This document shows positions 20,300 to 30,303 of a stretch of 64,000 bases of DNA, piece after piece; within the stretch, counting starts at the first letter, position 1, and the number at the start of each line of letters is the position of its first letter. The notes below the pieces were generated by a model that did not search any database, was not told the origin of the DNA, and was given only the letters and a program-made list of their open reading frames with translations. Location: assembly GCA_016935615.1 (NCBI GenBank), contig JAFGQO010000052.1, forward strand, positions 30,175-94,174, given 5' to 3'. This DNA is from Bacteroidales bacterium (GTDB lineage: Bacteria; Bacteroidota; Bacteroidia; Bacteroidales; UBA10428). Both the position numbers and the translations under genes were made by a program.

Positions 20300-20644
20300 C
20301 CTGTTTATACATATAGTACAACCTATCTTTGCTGTGCAAATTTATTTTATTTCAAAGAATTATGGGCTTTTCTTTTCACTGGCCATAGTTTGGCCGTTAT
20401 ATAATCGGGATCAGTCAATTGTCAGCGAATTATAAACAAATGATATGGTTCAGGTATTAATTGACGGAATCGGACAATTTGTTGATTATTTTTTAATCCG
20501 GTCATCAGTTATACTAATTTTGTAGATTTATTCCTGTTGGAGTATGCTTATTTTTACAGGATTTCTTTTGTAAAGATAACTTATGAAACTTTTAACAGAA
20601 TTGTTGGTTACTACTTGAAAAAATATTTATTTATTTAAAGTATA

Positions 20645-23077
20645 ATGAGCGCAAGAATTATAATCGTGGTGTTTCTTCAGACTGTTTTATTACAAATCCT
20701 TGCGGGACAAACCGTATCCCCTAAGGACAACTATCAGATATCGGGTAAGGTAATTGATAAATCAAATGATTCACCTCTTGAATTTTCTACTATTTCTGTT
20801 TATTCTGCAGATTCGAATCTGGTGACCGGAGGACTGGCAGGCCCTGACGGTGCATTTGCGATCAAAGTTGGACCGGGGCATTATTATGCAATAGTTCAGT
20901 TCATTTCATATGAAAAAATCACAATCCCAAACATCATCGTATCCGATGAAAAAAGATCCTATAAAACAGGTATTATTGAATTATCTCCGGAAGCAACAGC
21001 TCTTGATGAAGTGACGGTTACTGCCGAAAAAAGCGAAATGGTTATTCATCTCGATAAAAAAATATTTAACGTTGGAAAAGATCTGAGCAATACAGGTAAA
21101 TCGGCTCTTGATATACTTGACAATATACCATCGATCGCTGTTGATCTGGATGGGAATGTTAGTTTGCGAGGCAGTGAAAATCTGCAGATCCTTGTTGATG
21201 GAAAACCATCCGGAATGGTCAGTGCAGGAAATACGGATGCTCTCAGAAATCTTCAGGGCACCATGATTGAAAGAGTTGAAGTCATTACCAATCCCAGTGC
21301 GCGCTACGAGGCAGAAGGAATGGCAGGTATTATCAATATTGTACTTAAAAAGGACCAGCAGAAAGGGATTAACGGTTCGTTTGAAGGAACTGCAGGTTAC
21401 CCGCATGAGTATTCGCTGGGAGCAAATGTGAATTTCAGGAAAGAAAAGATCAATTACTTTCTGAACTATAATATCCGATATAATGAAAGACCGGGAACCG
21501 GGAATTCATATCAATATTTCAATTTGCCCGATACAGCATATATAACTCGTGTCGATCGCAGCAGGAACAGAACCGGCCTTTCAAACCGGTTAAGAGGAGG
21601 ATTTGATTATCTGATCAATTCAAAAAACACTTTAACTGCTGCATTTCTCCTGGGTATCAGTGATGAACCCACCATTAGCAATATATGGTATTATGATTAT
21701 ACCGTGTCAGAAGTGCCTCTTTCCACTTCACATAGAAGAGATGAAGAACATGAGGATGAACTGGACATGGAATTCAGCCTGAATTATACAAAACTGTTTC
21801 GCAATGAAGATCATAAATTCACTGCGCTGATTCAGTATATCAAAGATGCTGAAACCGAAAAATCGGAAATAACCGAAGAATTGATTACGGAAGGAGGACA
21901 GATATTTCAAAATTCGCTGAACAAAGAAAGCGAAAGGAACCTGCTTTTACAGGCAGATTATATTTATCCTTTTGGGAATAAAGGGCAATTTGAAACCGGG
22001 TACCGCAGTGAATTCAGAAACATAGCAAACCCCTTTTATGTAGAAGAAACAAATGAAGCCGGCAACCCGGTAAGAATACCGGAATTTTCAAACAATATTG
22101 ATTATTTTGAAAATGTGCATGCATTGTATGCCCAGGGAGGCAATGCTTTTGGCTGGTTTACCTTTCTTCTCGGCCTCAGGATGGAAATTTCGGATGTAAG
22201 AACATATTTCGATAACGCAGAAGACGGAAGCAACAGGCTTTATACAGATTTTTTTCCAACCTTACACACAACCTTTCAGATCAACGAGAGTAATTCTGTT
22301 CAATTGAGCTACAGTCGCCGGATAAACCGTCCGCATTTCTGGCTGCTTAATCCGTTTTATAGTTACAGTGATGACAGAAATATCCGGACAGGCAATCCCA
22401 ACCTTCAGCCCGAATACACGCACTCTTTGGAAGCAGGGTATTTGCTGAAAAATCCAAGTTTCGATTTTTATACGGGATTTTTCTATCGTCATACGTCAGG
22501 TGTTATTGAACGGATCGCTGATCTGGATACGGCTACAGGCATTATTTATGTAATTCCTGTAAACTTATCCGAAAGACAATCATACGGTCTGGAGGCCAAT
22601 GTATCGGTGGATGTATTCAAATGGTGGACACTTACAGGAGATCTCAACTTTTTTCAGTCATCCACTTATGGTCGATTGGATACAATAATCCTTGAAAGCG
22701 AAGATTACTCCTGGCATACCAGGATGAACTCAAAAATAAAGCTCCCCTATAATATCGATTTCCAGACCATATTCTTTTACCGTGCACCACAGGAAACGAC
22801 CCAGGGGAAAAGACTTGCCTTTTACATGCTGAACATGGCTTTAAGCAAAGATATCCTGAAAGGAAAAGGAACACTGACTTTGAATGTACGTGATGTTTTA
22901 AACAGCCGCCGTTTCAAATACATCATCGACCAGTCCGATTTGTACTCCGAAAACGAACACCGGCGTGCCGGTCGTATTTTCACACTGACTTTCATATACA
23001 GACTGAACCAGAAAAAGAGAGCCGGGCGTTCTGCCCGAAACGGAGAAGATTTCGGAGGAGAGGAAATGGGATTTTAG
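20645..23077 (+). CDS. TonB-dependent outer-membrane receptor with N-terminal carboxypeptidase-regulatory-like domain
   Basis: 810 aa with a signal peptide. It has a CarbopepD_reg-like region (ISGKVIDKSNDSPLEFSTISVY), a plug (LDEVTVTAEK, DILDNIPSI) and a long beta-barrel ending in a terminal aromatic (F). Confidence 0.85.
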   Translation: MSARIIIVVFLQTVLLQILAGQTVSPKDNYQISGKVIDKSNDSPLEFSTISVYSADSNLVTGGLAGPDGAFAIKVGPGHYYAIVQFISYEKITIPNIIVSDEKRSYKTGIIELSPEATALDEVTVTAEKSEMVIHLDKKIFNVGKDLSNTGKSALDILDNIPSIAVDLDGNVSLRGSENLQILVDGKPSGMVSAGNTDALRNLQGTMIERVEVITNPSARYEAEGMAGIINIVLKKDQQKGINGSFEGTAGYPHEYSLGANVNFRKEKINYFLNYNIRYNERPGTGNSYQYFNLPDTAYITRVDRSRNRTGLSNRLRGGFDYLINSKNTLTAAFLLGISDEPTISNIWYYDYTVSEVPLSTSHRRDEEHEDELDMEFSLNYTKLFRNEDHKFTALIQYIKDAETEKSEITEELITEGGQIFQNSLNKESERNLLLQADYIYPFGNKGQFETGYRSEFRNIANPFYVEETNEAGNPVRIPEFSNNIDYFENVHALYAQGGNAFGWFTFLLGLRMEISDVRTYFDNAEDGSNRLYTDFFPTLHTTFQINESNSVQLSYSRRINRPHFWLLNPFYSYSDDRNIRTGNPNLQPEYTHSLEAGYLLKNPSFDFYTGFFYRHTSGVIERIADLDTATGIIYVIPVNLSERQSYGLEANVSVDVFKWWTLTGDLNFFQSSTYGRLDTIILESEDYSWHTRMNSKIKLPYNIDFQTIFFYRAPQETTQGKRLAFYMLNMALSKDILKGKGTLTLNVRDVLNSRRFKYIIDQSDLYSENEHRRAGRIFTLTFIYRLNQKKRAGRSARNGEDFGGEEMGF

Positions 23078-23154
23078 TCTTTGTGATCATACTCACACTG
23101 ACAGTTTGTGTAGACCCTGTCAAAATGAAAAAGCCAAACATATCCTATTCCTGT

Positions 23155-26100
23155 TTATCGGATAACAATTCCCTTCGTAATCATGATCTTTTCTGCGAAA
23201 ATCCTGATGAAGTATACTCCCGGAGATAAAACCGAAACATTCAGTTTCAGATCCTCATTCCCCGGATCTGCATAATGCTGTTCTGATATCAGCACATTCC
23301 CCAGCCTGTCAATTACCTCAATCGATAACTTTTTGTCATTCATTCCTGCCAATTGTATATGAAGAATATCAACTCCCGGATTTGGATAGATCTCTATCGA
23401 CCTGTTCATCATAGAATAAGGAATGGCATTTACATGAGTCACACTTACAGTAACAGTATCAGAGTTTTCGCATGAATTGCTATCCGTTACCATAAGCCAA
23501 TACGTATGATCGCCCACTCCTGCAACACTTCCGGAAACTTCGATACAGGACCCGTCAGAACCGGTACTCCACAAATACGAATAAGATTCATTATCCAATA
23601 GGGAAAGTACAACACTCCCCTGATCAGTTATGGTTGTATCGCTACCAAGATCGACCTCAGGCAATGAATATATGAATAGGCTGACCGGCATACAATCCCC
23701 TTCACACTCTTCAAGTGATTGGGTTACATAATAGGTATACGTTCCGGGTTCTGTTTGGGTAGCAGGAAATATGTTTCCCGAGTATATACAATTTGTAAGT
23801 GCTGTATCTGAATACCAATGGATATTTTCTCCCAGAGCAAACATATCCGGTGTTTCTTCTCCAAAGCAGACAGCCTGGTTTTCAGCGACCGGCAAATCCG
23901 GCACAGGCTTTATTGTAAGCTGAACTGACCTGTAATTGCTTTCACAACCGTTCACGCTCTGAGAAACATAATAGCTGATAGTTCCCGTATCTGATATTTC
24001 CGGTTGATAGACATTCCCTTCGGTCAATAATACATCATCCTTAATACATCTGACCGACATACTCTCTTTCGTATCAGCACTCATCCTCCGGATTCTGCTT
24101 TCGATAGAATGCAAATTCCTCTTCCAGGCAAATTCCTCCTGTTCAAGTGCAGATGTCCAGAAATAAGCCCATGAACCGATATTGTAGAATTCCTTATCCA
24201 GATAACGCGTTCCCCCGGGCAATGCTGTGAATCCGCTTTCATTTGTTGCCCCGGTATTGGGTTCCTTCCAGTACAGATCCGATTCTTCTTTTAATTTGCC
24301 TCCTTCATTCGTTCCTCTCCATTCTCCGGAAAGTGCTTCTGATACTTCCATTCCAAGGTAATTTTCCATTTGCCTCCATTCCCTGTCGGTCGGTATATGC
24401 CATCCTTCCGGACACAGTCCCCTGTTTACTTCATAGCCGGTATAATCCATAGCCTCATCCCACTGGTATAAACCTCCATAGGTGTCACAGTTCTCTTCGC
24501 TGTTATCATAACAATATTTTTCAGCAACCTCATTATTGGTTTGTTCCGTTGTATGACCGATCATAATACCGTAATTCAGGTTTTCAGCCATCCACCATTG
24601 ATCCCCGATCTTCACGGTCAGATATTCCTGTCCGTCCCTCGCATCCACAAGGGATACGATATCCGGATCGGCATACCATTTCACATTCTCTCCCTCTGCC
24701 TGCAACTGGATCGGATCCAGATTCTCACAAACACTCATGTTTTCCGAAACCGGGGCATCGGGCACAGGATAAATGGTCAGAATGACCGTGTCGGCCGGCG
24801 ATTCAACATCGTTGACGGTTTGGGTGACAAAGTAAACATAAGTGCCGGTATCTGTTAAAATAGGCTTGAGGGTATAACCTGAAGCAATTGGATCAGAAAT
24901 ATTTCTCATACAACGTACGGAATAACCATGACTGATATAAGCATTATCTTTATGTAAATCGGCGTTCCCATTTAATACAAGTCGAACCCATGCAACATTA
25001 CCAGTTTGCAAATCAGATGACCAGAAAACGCCACGATCACCAAGAAACCAAAACGTTTCTGAATCATAACTCTTTCTGCCAGCAGGCAAAGCTGTAAAAC
25101 CACTCTCATTGGTTGCCCCGGTATTTGGAGAATTCCAATGCAAAAAACCTTCCTCTTTCATTTTTCCTCCGGCAATTTCATCTCCTCCAAGATACTTACC
25201 TAAATCTATCCAGTCATTATCAGAAGGCAAACGATATCCATCGGGACAGACATCCATTGCAGTTTCCCAATTGTACAACCGGCCATAAACATCCGAATAC
25301 AAAATACTATCATTGTTGTAATACCAGGATCCGGATAAGGTATAAAAATTCAAATTTTCCTTCATCCAGGTTTGGTCATTGATAGTTACCATATTATAAA
25401 TATGATTGTCACGATAATCATATAAGTAACTGGGATTGGCATACCATTTTATATTTTCTCCCTGTGCAGTTAAAAGAACAGTATGTTGTTCTCCACATAA
25501 ATTAACATCTCCGGCAACAGGAGGCAAAGGTCGAATACTAAGTACTACAGTATCGGGATCGCTTTCGCACCCTGATATGTTTTGAGTAACATAGTAAGTG
25601 TATATACCGATATCAGTATGCCCTGTCGGGAAAGGACTCCCTGAATAAATCAAACCGGATAAATGAGGATCATTATACCACCGGATATTTTCACCCGATG
25701 CTGTTAAATCCGGGACAAATTCTCCTTCACATAGGGTAACATCATCTGCTGCCGGAGGCGGAATAACCGAGAGTATATTACCGTATGCATCCAAAGGTCC
25801 CATACATTCATCAGAATCGTCTCCGTCAGGTTCATCGGGACAATCGGGGCAATGTGCCGGTTTAAGACCCGTTCCCCAGGTATAATACCCGTCATTGTCC
25901 TGATCAATGCATCTGATATCAGAATCATTATAATTAACGGAATGTACCGGCCCATGCAAAGAATATACGTATATGCTACCCACTACATAAACATATCCGT
26001 CATTCCCCCAATAACTTCCCCAGCTATTCTTAAACAACCATGCCGTCTGACCAATTAATATGTCATCTTCAAGTATTGTTATCCAGGAGGTCGATCCGTT

Positions 26101-27357
26101 ATTATTAAGATAAATATGGTCACCTTCCTGCAACACTTTATATCCGACCAAAGTCATAGCATGGTTCCAAAAACCTACAGTTGCAGCAGTTGCCCCTTTA
26201 ATAATTTCCCTCTTTTTTTCATCTTCTGATGAATGTGCGCTTTTTGAATTGATTCTTACTATTTCAGCAGAATTAGTGCATTTATTCTCACATGGCAAGT
26301 CATTGGCAGCATAGGGAAAACAACTTTCATTCACAATTCCCGTATCCATAATATAGGTCAATGCACCATTAGGACTACCACCGGCACAACTACCAGCACC
26401 ACTGCATGATAAAACATCCTGTTCGGAAAGATCAGGATCCAGGTGTTGATTGTAATACAAATTCACCAGTAATTCAGTTGCGCCGGTAACGGCAAAAGCC
26501 CAGCAACTTCCGCACCCCCCCTGGTTTTTAACGGAAGTTACCCAGTTCTGCCCATGCCGGTTGCGCCAGCTGAATTCCTTTACAAAGGAAAATCCTGTTT
26601 TGGCTTGAGTGATGGACTTTATCTTATCCTTATCTGCATTCTCTTCAAGTACACCTGGCAAAACAAATATCCCTCCCCTGTAATATTCAAAACCCTGCAA
26701 ATTGGGTACTTTACCACCGAACATCTTCTTTTTTTCCTGGTATGTCATACATGAAACGGATGTTTCCCCGGCAATCCATTTTAGCCCTTTTCTTTCTATA
26801 TACTGATTTATTTTGTTAATTTTTTCCGATTGCTGTTGTTCTAATTTATTGGTTCTGGTCTTTGCAATAAAGGATTCTTCTCCTCTTGTTTCTATTTCTT
26901 TTAAATGAATGGAGGCATCCACTGTTTCAATAGTGATGCTCATCGGAATAATGTTATCCAATATTGCTGTTTCTTCCCCGGTCTGATCAATTTCAAAAGA
27001 CCCATTTTCTGTCAATAAGGGATATGCTTCATAAATAAGGTATTCATTCAACTTATAATCAATAAGGATCACCCGCACCAGGCTTGAATCGGAATACAAT
27101 TCAACAGAGGCTGAGATTGTCAATCCACTGATTTTTCGCTGATCGGTAAAAGGTCGCAACTGAATGTTTTTATCTGTACGGATATTCAATCCTATCCGTT
27201 GATCGGCCTCTTTCAGCATTTTAAAAGAACTCTTACCGGCCATTTGTGAATGGATCGTTGAAGACAAACAAAGAATACAAAACAGCATTAATATTTTTAG
27301 TAATAGTTTATCAATACTGTTAATCAGGATTTTAAAAGGTTTTGCAACTAACAACAT
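23155..27357 (-). CDS. T9SS-secreted multidomain protein: papain-like C1 cysteine peptidase, four Ig-like modules, two FISUMP (Fibrobacter succinogenes major paralogous) domains and a Por/T9SS C-terminal sorting domain
   Basis: C1 catalytic motifs are QGGCGSCWAF (Cys at about aa 285, nt about 26505), WNHAMTLVGY and NSWGSYWGNDGY. FISUMP signatures are YGRLYNW.....CP.G(Y/W)(R/H).P.D.(D/E)W, NTGATNESGFTALP.G and SVRC(M/I). The C-terminal IEIYPNPGVDILHIQL...GVYFIRI is T9SS-CTD-like. Confidence 0.8.
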   Translation of the reverse strand: MLLVAKPFKILINSIDKLLLKILMLFCILCLSSTIHSQMAGKSSFKMLKEADQRIGLNIRTDKNIQLRPFTDQRKISGLTISASVELYSDSSLVRVILIDYKLNEYLIYEAYPLLTENGSFEIDQTGEETAILDNIIPMSITIETVDASIHLKEIETRGEESFIAKTRTNKLEQQQSEKINKINQYIERKGLKWIAGETSVSCMTYQEKKKMFGGKVPNLQGFEYYRGGIFVLPGVLEENADKDKIKSITQAKTGFSFVKEFSWRNRHGQNWVTSVKNQGGCGSCWAFAVTGATELLVNLYYNQHLDPDLSEQDVLSCSGAGSCAGGSPNGALTYIMDTGIVNESCFPYAANDLPCENKCTNSAEIVRINSKSAHSSEDEKKREIIKGATAATVGFWNHAMTLVGYKVLQEGDHIYLNNNGSTSWITILEDDILIGQTAWLFKNSWGSYWGNDGYVYVVGSIYVYSLHGPVHSVNYNDSDIRCIDQDNDGYYTWGTGLKPAHCPDCPDEPDGDDSDECMGPLDAYGNILSVIPPPAADDVTLCEGEFVPDLTASGENIRWYNDPHLSGLIYSGSPFPTGHTDIGIYTYYVTQNISGCESDPDTVVLSIRPLPPVAGDVNLCGEQHTVLLTAQGENIKWYANPSYLYDYRDNHIYNMVTINDQTWMKENLNFYTLSGSWYYNNDSILYSDVYGRLYNWETAMDVCPDGYRLPSDNDWIDLGKYLGGDEIAGGKMKEEGFLHWNSPNTGATNESGFTALPAGRKSYDSETFWFLGDRGVFWSSDLQTGNVAWVRLVLNGNADLHKDNAYISHGYSVRCMRNISDPIASGYTLKPILTDTGTYVYFVTQTVNDVESPADTVILTIYPVPDAPVSENMSVCENLDPIQLQAEGENVKWYADPDIVSLVDARDGQEYLTVKIGDQWWMAENLNYGIMIGHTTEQTNNEVAEKYCYDNSEENCDTYGGLYQWDEAMDYTGYEVNRGLCPEGWHIPTDREWRQMENYLGMEVSEALSGEWRGTNEGGKLKEESDLYWKEPNTGATNESGFTALPGGTRYLDKEFYNIGSWAYFWTSALEQEEFAWKRNLHSIESRIRRMSADTKESMSVRCIKDDVLLTEGNVYQPEISDTGTISYYVSQSVNGCESNYRSVQLTIKPVPDLPVAENQAVCFGEETPDMFALGENIHWYSDTALTNCIYSGNIFPATQTEPGTYTYYVTQSLEECEGDCMPVSLFIYSLPEVDLGSDTTITDQGSVVLSLLDNESYSYLWSTGSDGSCIEVSGSVAGVGDHTYWLMVTDSNSCENSDTVTVSVTHVNAIPYSMMNRSIEIYPNPGVDILHIQLAGMNDKKLSIEVIDRLGNVLISEQHYADPGNEDLKLNVSVLSPGVYFIRIFAEKIMITKGIVIR

Positions 27358-27580
27358 GACTGTTCAGATTAGGGTAATGAAAACTATGGAAAAGCTGATC
27401 TTGATTCAATTTACAACTTTAAAAAAGTGAAGTCGAGCACTTGTTGATGAATTGTATGCATACGATTGATCAATGGTCTGGATTTTAAGCTGAAAAAATA
27501 AGATGCAAAAAACGAATTTAGATTACAATAAAAAAAAGTCAATCCAATTAATATTCATTGCTTTAAATATTACATAAATT

Positions 27581-29767
27581 GATCTGTTTTATTCAATTTT
27601 TCAATCAACCGAAGACGCCAGGTGGCGGCTGAGCTCGTGAGCGACAGCGAACAAACCACTCAAAAGAATGAAGTTTATATTGAGCCGGGAAAATCCCGAT
27701 ATATCTTATTCAATTTTTCAATCAAACCACAACTATCCTTAATCTGCTCTGCTATTCTTTTTAGATATATCTTATTCAATTTTTCAATCAAACCACAACA
27801 CACGGGAGGGGATGATGGGATAGGTTCTTGATATATCTTATTCAATTTTTCAATCAAACCACAACAAAGCTGCAACAGGAGTAACAGATACAGAAGATAT
27901 ATCTTATTCAATTTTTCAATCAAACCACAACCAACTTTCGGAGATAGTACAACGGCTGGGGATATATCTTATTCAATTTTTCAATCAAACCACAACCGCA
28001 TCAAGCTTGGTTTCAATCCTCGTTAGATATATCTTATTCAATTTTTCAATCAAACCACAACAGTAATTGAACCACTCCATGCAGAGATGCTGATATATCT
28101 TATTCAATTTTTCAATCAAACCACAACATGGTTATTAAAGAACTACGCTAAAGAGGGGATATATCTTATTCAATTTTTCAATCAAACCACAACATAGTAC
28201 ACGAAGGAATTTTTTTATTATTGATATATCTTATTCAATTTTTCAATCAAACCACAACCTCCAAAGCTGCTTTATCCTGCGGATCAGGATATATCTTATT
28301 CAATTTTTCAATCAAACCACAACTTGTCTATTATTATTGTTGTTTGCTGCTCGGATATATCTTATTCAATTTTTCAATCAAACCACAACAGAGTCTAGCT
28401 GTGCTATTGTTAATGTTTGGATATATCTTATTCAATTTTTCAATCAAACCACAACTGCTTCCATTCTGGTAAAAATCATAATCTGATATATCTTATTCAA
28501 TTTTTCAATCAAACCACAACGCTTTTAACAATAGAGGATCTGCGGGAAATGATATATCTTATTCAATTTTTCAATCAAACCACAACAAGAAAAAGGTCAA
28601 GGAAGAAAGATAACAGATATATCTTATTCAATTTTTCAATCAAACCACAACATAGTTAAATATCTGCTTTCCTGTGGTTATGATATATCTTATTCAATTT
28701 TTCAATCAAACCACAACGATCCTGTTATTGACCTCGTTTTTGAACCAGATATATCTTATTCAATTTTTCAATCAAACCACAACACAACTGTAACAGCTGC
28801 CTCTTCTTCTTAAGATATATCTTATTCAATTTTTCAATCAAACCACAACTGTTTCATGCGGTTTGTTTTAATATGTCTTGATATATCTTATTCAATTTTT
28901 CAATCAAACCACAACTAGATCTTGTCTATCCGTTAGGGAAAGGCAGATATATCTTATTCAATTTTTCAATCAAACCACAACTGGCTCTGGAACACGGATG
29001 CGACAGCATAGATATATCTTATTCAATTTTTCAATCAAACCACAACTCTCTAATCTGGATTCAGATTTAGTAGGCAGATATATCTTATTCAATTTTTCAA
29101 TCAAACCACAACTACAATACCGAAAATGATTACGGAATGGTAGATATATCTTATTCAATTTTTCAATCAAACCACAACCACCGGGCAGTACAGGATATCC
29201 AGTTTGAGATATATCTTATTCAATTTTTCAATCAAACCACAACCGTTTTAATACAGACAATTATGAGTTACTGATATATCTTATTCAATTTTTCAATCAA
29301 ACCACAACCATTTGCCAACGCTCATTTTATAACCATAAGATATATCTTATTCAATTTTTCAATCAAACCACAACGGACGTAGTCCGGATACTTTAAAAGT
29401 TAAAGATATATCTTATTCAATTTTTCAATCAAACCACAACACATCTCCATGAGTATATATTTGAGAATAGATATATCTTATTCAATTTTTCAATCAAACC
29501 ACAACATGCTTACTCTTTTTGAAACGATACTAATTGATATATCTTATTCAATTTTTCAATCAAACCACAACTCTTTCTTTCAGCATATTAACCCTCAACA
29601 GATATATCTTATTCAATTTTTCAATCAAACCACAACAACAAAAGGAATTAATTGAATTAGGCAAAGGATATATCTTATTCAATTTTTCAATCAAACCACA
29701 ACTGTTTTGATATCAATAATGTATAAACGTTGATATATCTTATTCAATTTTTCAATCAAACCACAAC
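27581..29767 (-). CRISPR. CRISPR array: 32 identical 36-nt repeats plus one degenerate terminal repeat, 29-30-nt spacers
   Basis: The plus-strand repeat is GATATATCTTATTCAATTTTTCAATCAAACCACAAC. In crRNA sense (minus strand) it reads GTTGTGGTTTGATTGAAAAATTGAATAAGATATATC. Full repeats run from 27698-27733 to 29732-29767, with 31 unique 29-30-nt spacers counted by hand. A degenerate repeat (29/36 identities) lies at 27581-27616, at the end distal to cas2. Confidence 0.97.
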
Positions 29768-29906
29768 CAAGGGCTCTGTATGCCTTTATTTTCAATTATT
29801 ACAGGCGATTTTACGTTATAAAAAACGAATACATACTCCATGGAAGTGGAATGATTTACCAAATTTATGCATTCTGATCCAATATGTCAAAGAACTTTGC
29901 TATAGG
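29768..29906 (-). promoter_or_regulatory. Putative CRISPR leader (between the cas2 stop and the first repeat)
   Basis: A 139-nt AT-rich non-coding stretch lies next to the non-degenerate end of the array, on the side from which GTTGTGG-sense crRNA would be transcribed. Confidence 0.5.
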
Positions 29907-30245
29907 TTAAAATATCTCCAGTTGCTGCGGCCCCTGCGGAAGCGGCAAGGTTTTAGCACCCCAGAAATTAATAATGTCTCCGTATTGCTTATCGGTAATA
30001 AGCAGGATACTTACCTGTCCTTCTTCCGGCACTGCCGATTTTATCCGGCGTACATGCACATCTGCGCTTTCGCGGCTGGCACAATGCCTCGTGTACACAG
30101 AATATTGCATCATATTAAAACCGTCACGTTCCAGACCTTTGCGAAACAGTGTTGCCTTACGTCTTTGTTTTTTCGTCACTACCGATAAATCAAAAAATAC
30201 AAAAACCCACATGATGTGATATGCATTTAACCGTTCCCGTTCCAT
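29907..30245 (-). CDS. cas2: CRISPR-associated endoribonuclease Cas2 (type II)
   Basis: 112 aa. YHIMWVFVFFDLSV.TKK.RR.A..FRK.L..DGF.M.Q.SVY.R.C is typical of type II Cas2. It lies immediately downstream of cas1. Confidence 0.9.
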   Translation of the reverse strand: MERERLNAYHIMWVFVFFDLSVVTKKQRRKATLFRKGLERDGFNMMQYSVYTRHCASRESADVHVRRIKSAVPEEGQVSILLITDKQYGDIINFWGAKTLPLPQGPQQLEIF

Positions 30246-30271
30246 TCATTATGTTATATTTGTTACCCCAA

Positions 30272-30300
30272 CTCTGTCAGGGTTCAAAACCCTGAAAGAG
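30272..30300. repeat. REP-like palindrome copy a (cas1/cas2 junction)
   Basis: CTCTGTCAGGGTT-CAA-AACCCTGAAAGAG forms a 13-bp stem with one mismatch. It sits in the 58-nt gap between the cas1 stop (30304) and the cas2 ATG (30245). Confidence 0.75.
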
Positions 30301-30303
30301 TTT

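Noticed and set aside
23098-23122. Possible seventh palindrome copy, CTGACAG-TTTGTGTAGA-CCCTGTCA, between the TonB-dependent receptor and the peptidase gene
   Set aside because: Only the outer arm halves match. The inner GGGTT/AACCC stem is absent, so it cannot form the family hairpin. It could be a decayed copy or chance, and is not counted.
27622-29655. Many 60-85-aa ORFs on both strands across the CRISPR array (e.g. 27622..27831, 27675..27923, 28221..28472, 28878..29129) with recurring peptides such as YILFNFSIKPQ or GLIEKLNKIY
   Set aside because: The recurring peptides are just translations of the 36-nt repeat. Their periodicity equals the repeat-spacer unit, so they are not genes.
29730-30219. 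Plus-strand ORFs 29730..30188 (152 aa) and 29974..30219 (81 aa)
   Set aside because: They start inside the last CRISPR repeat or the leader and run antisense through cas2. They have no recognisable motifs. The minus-strand Cas2 reading is clearly the real one.
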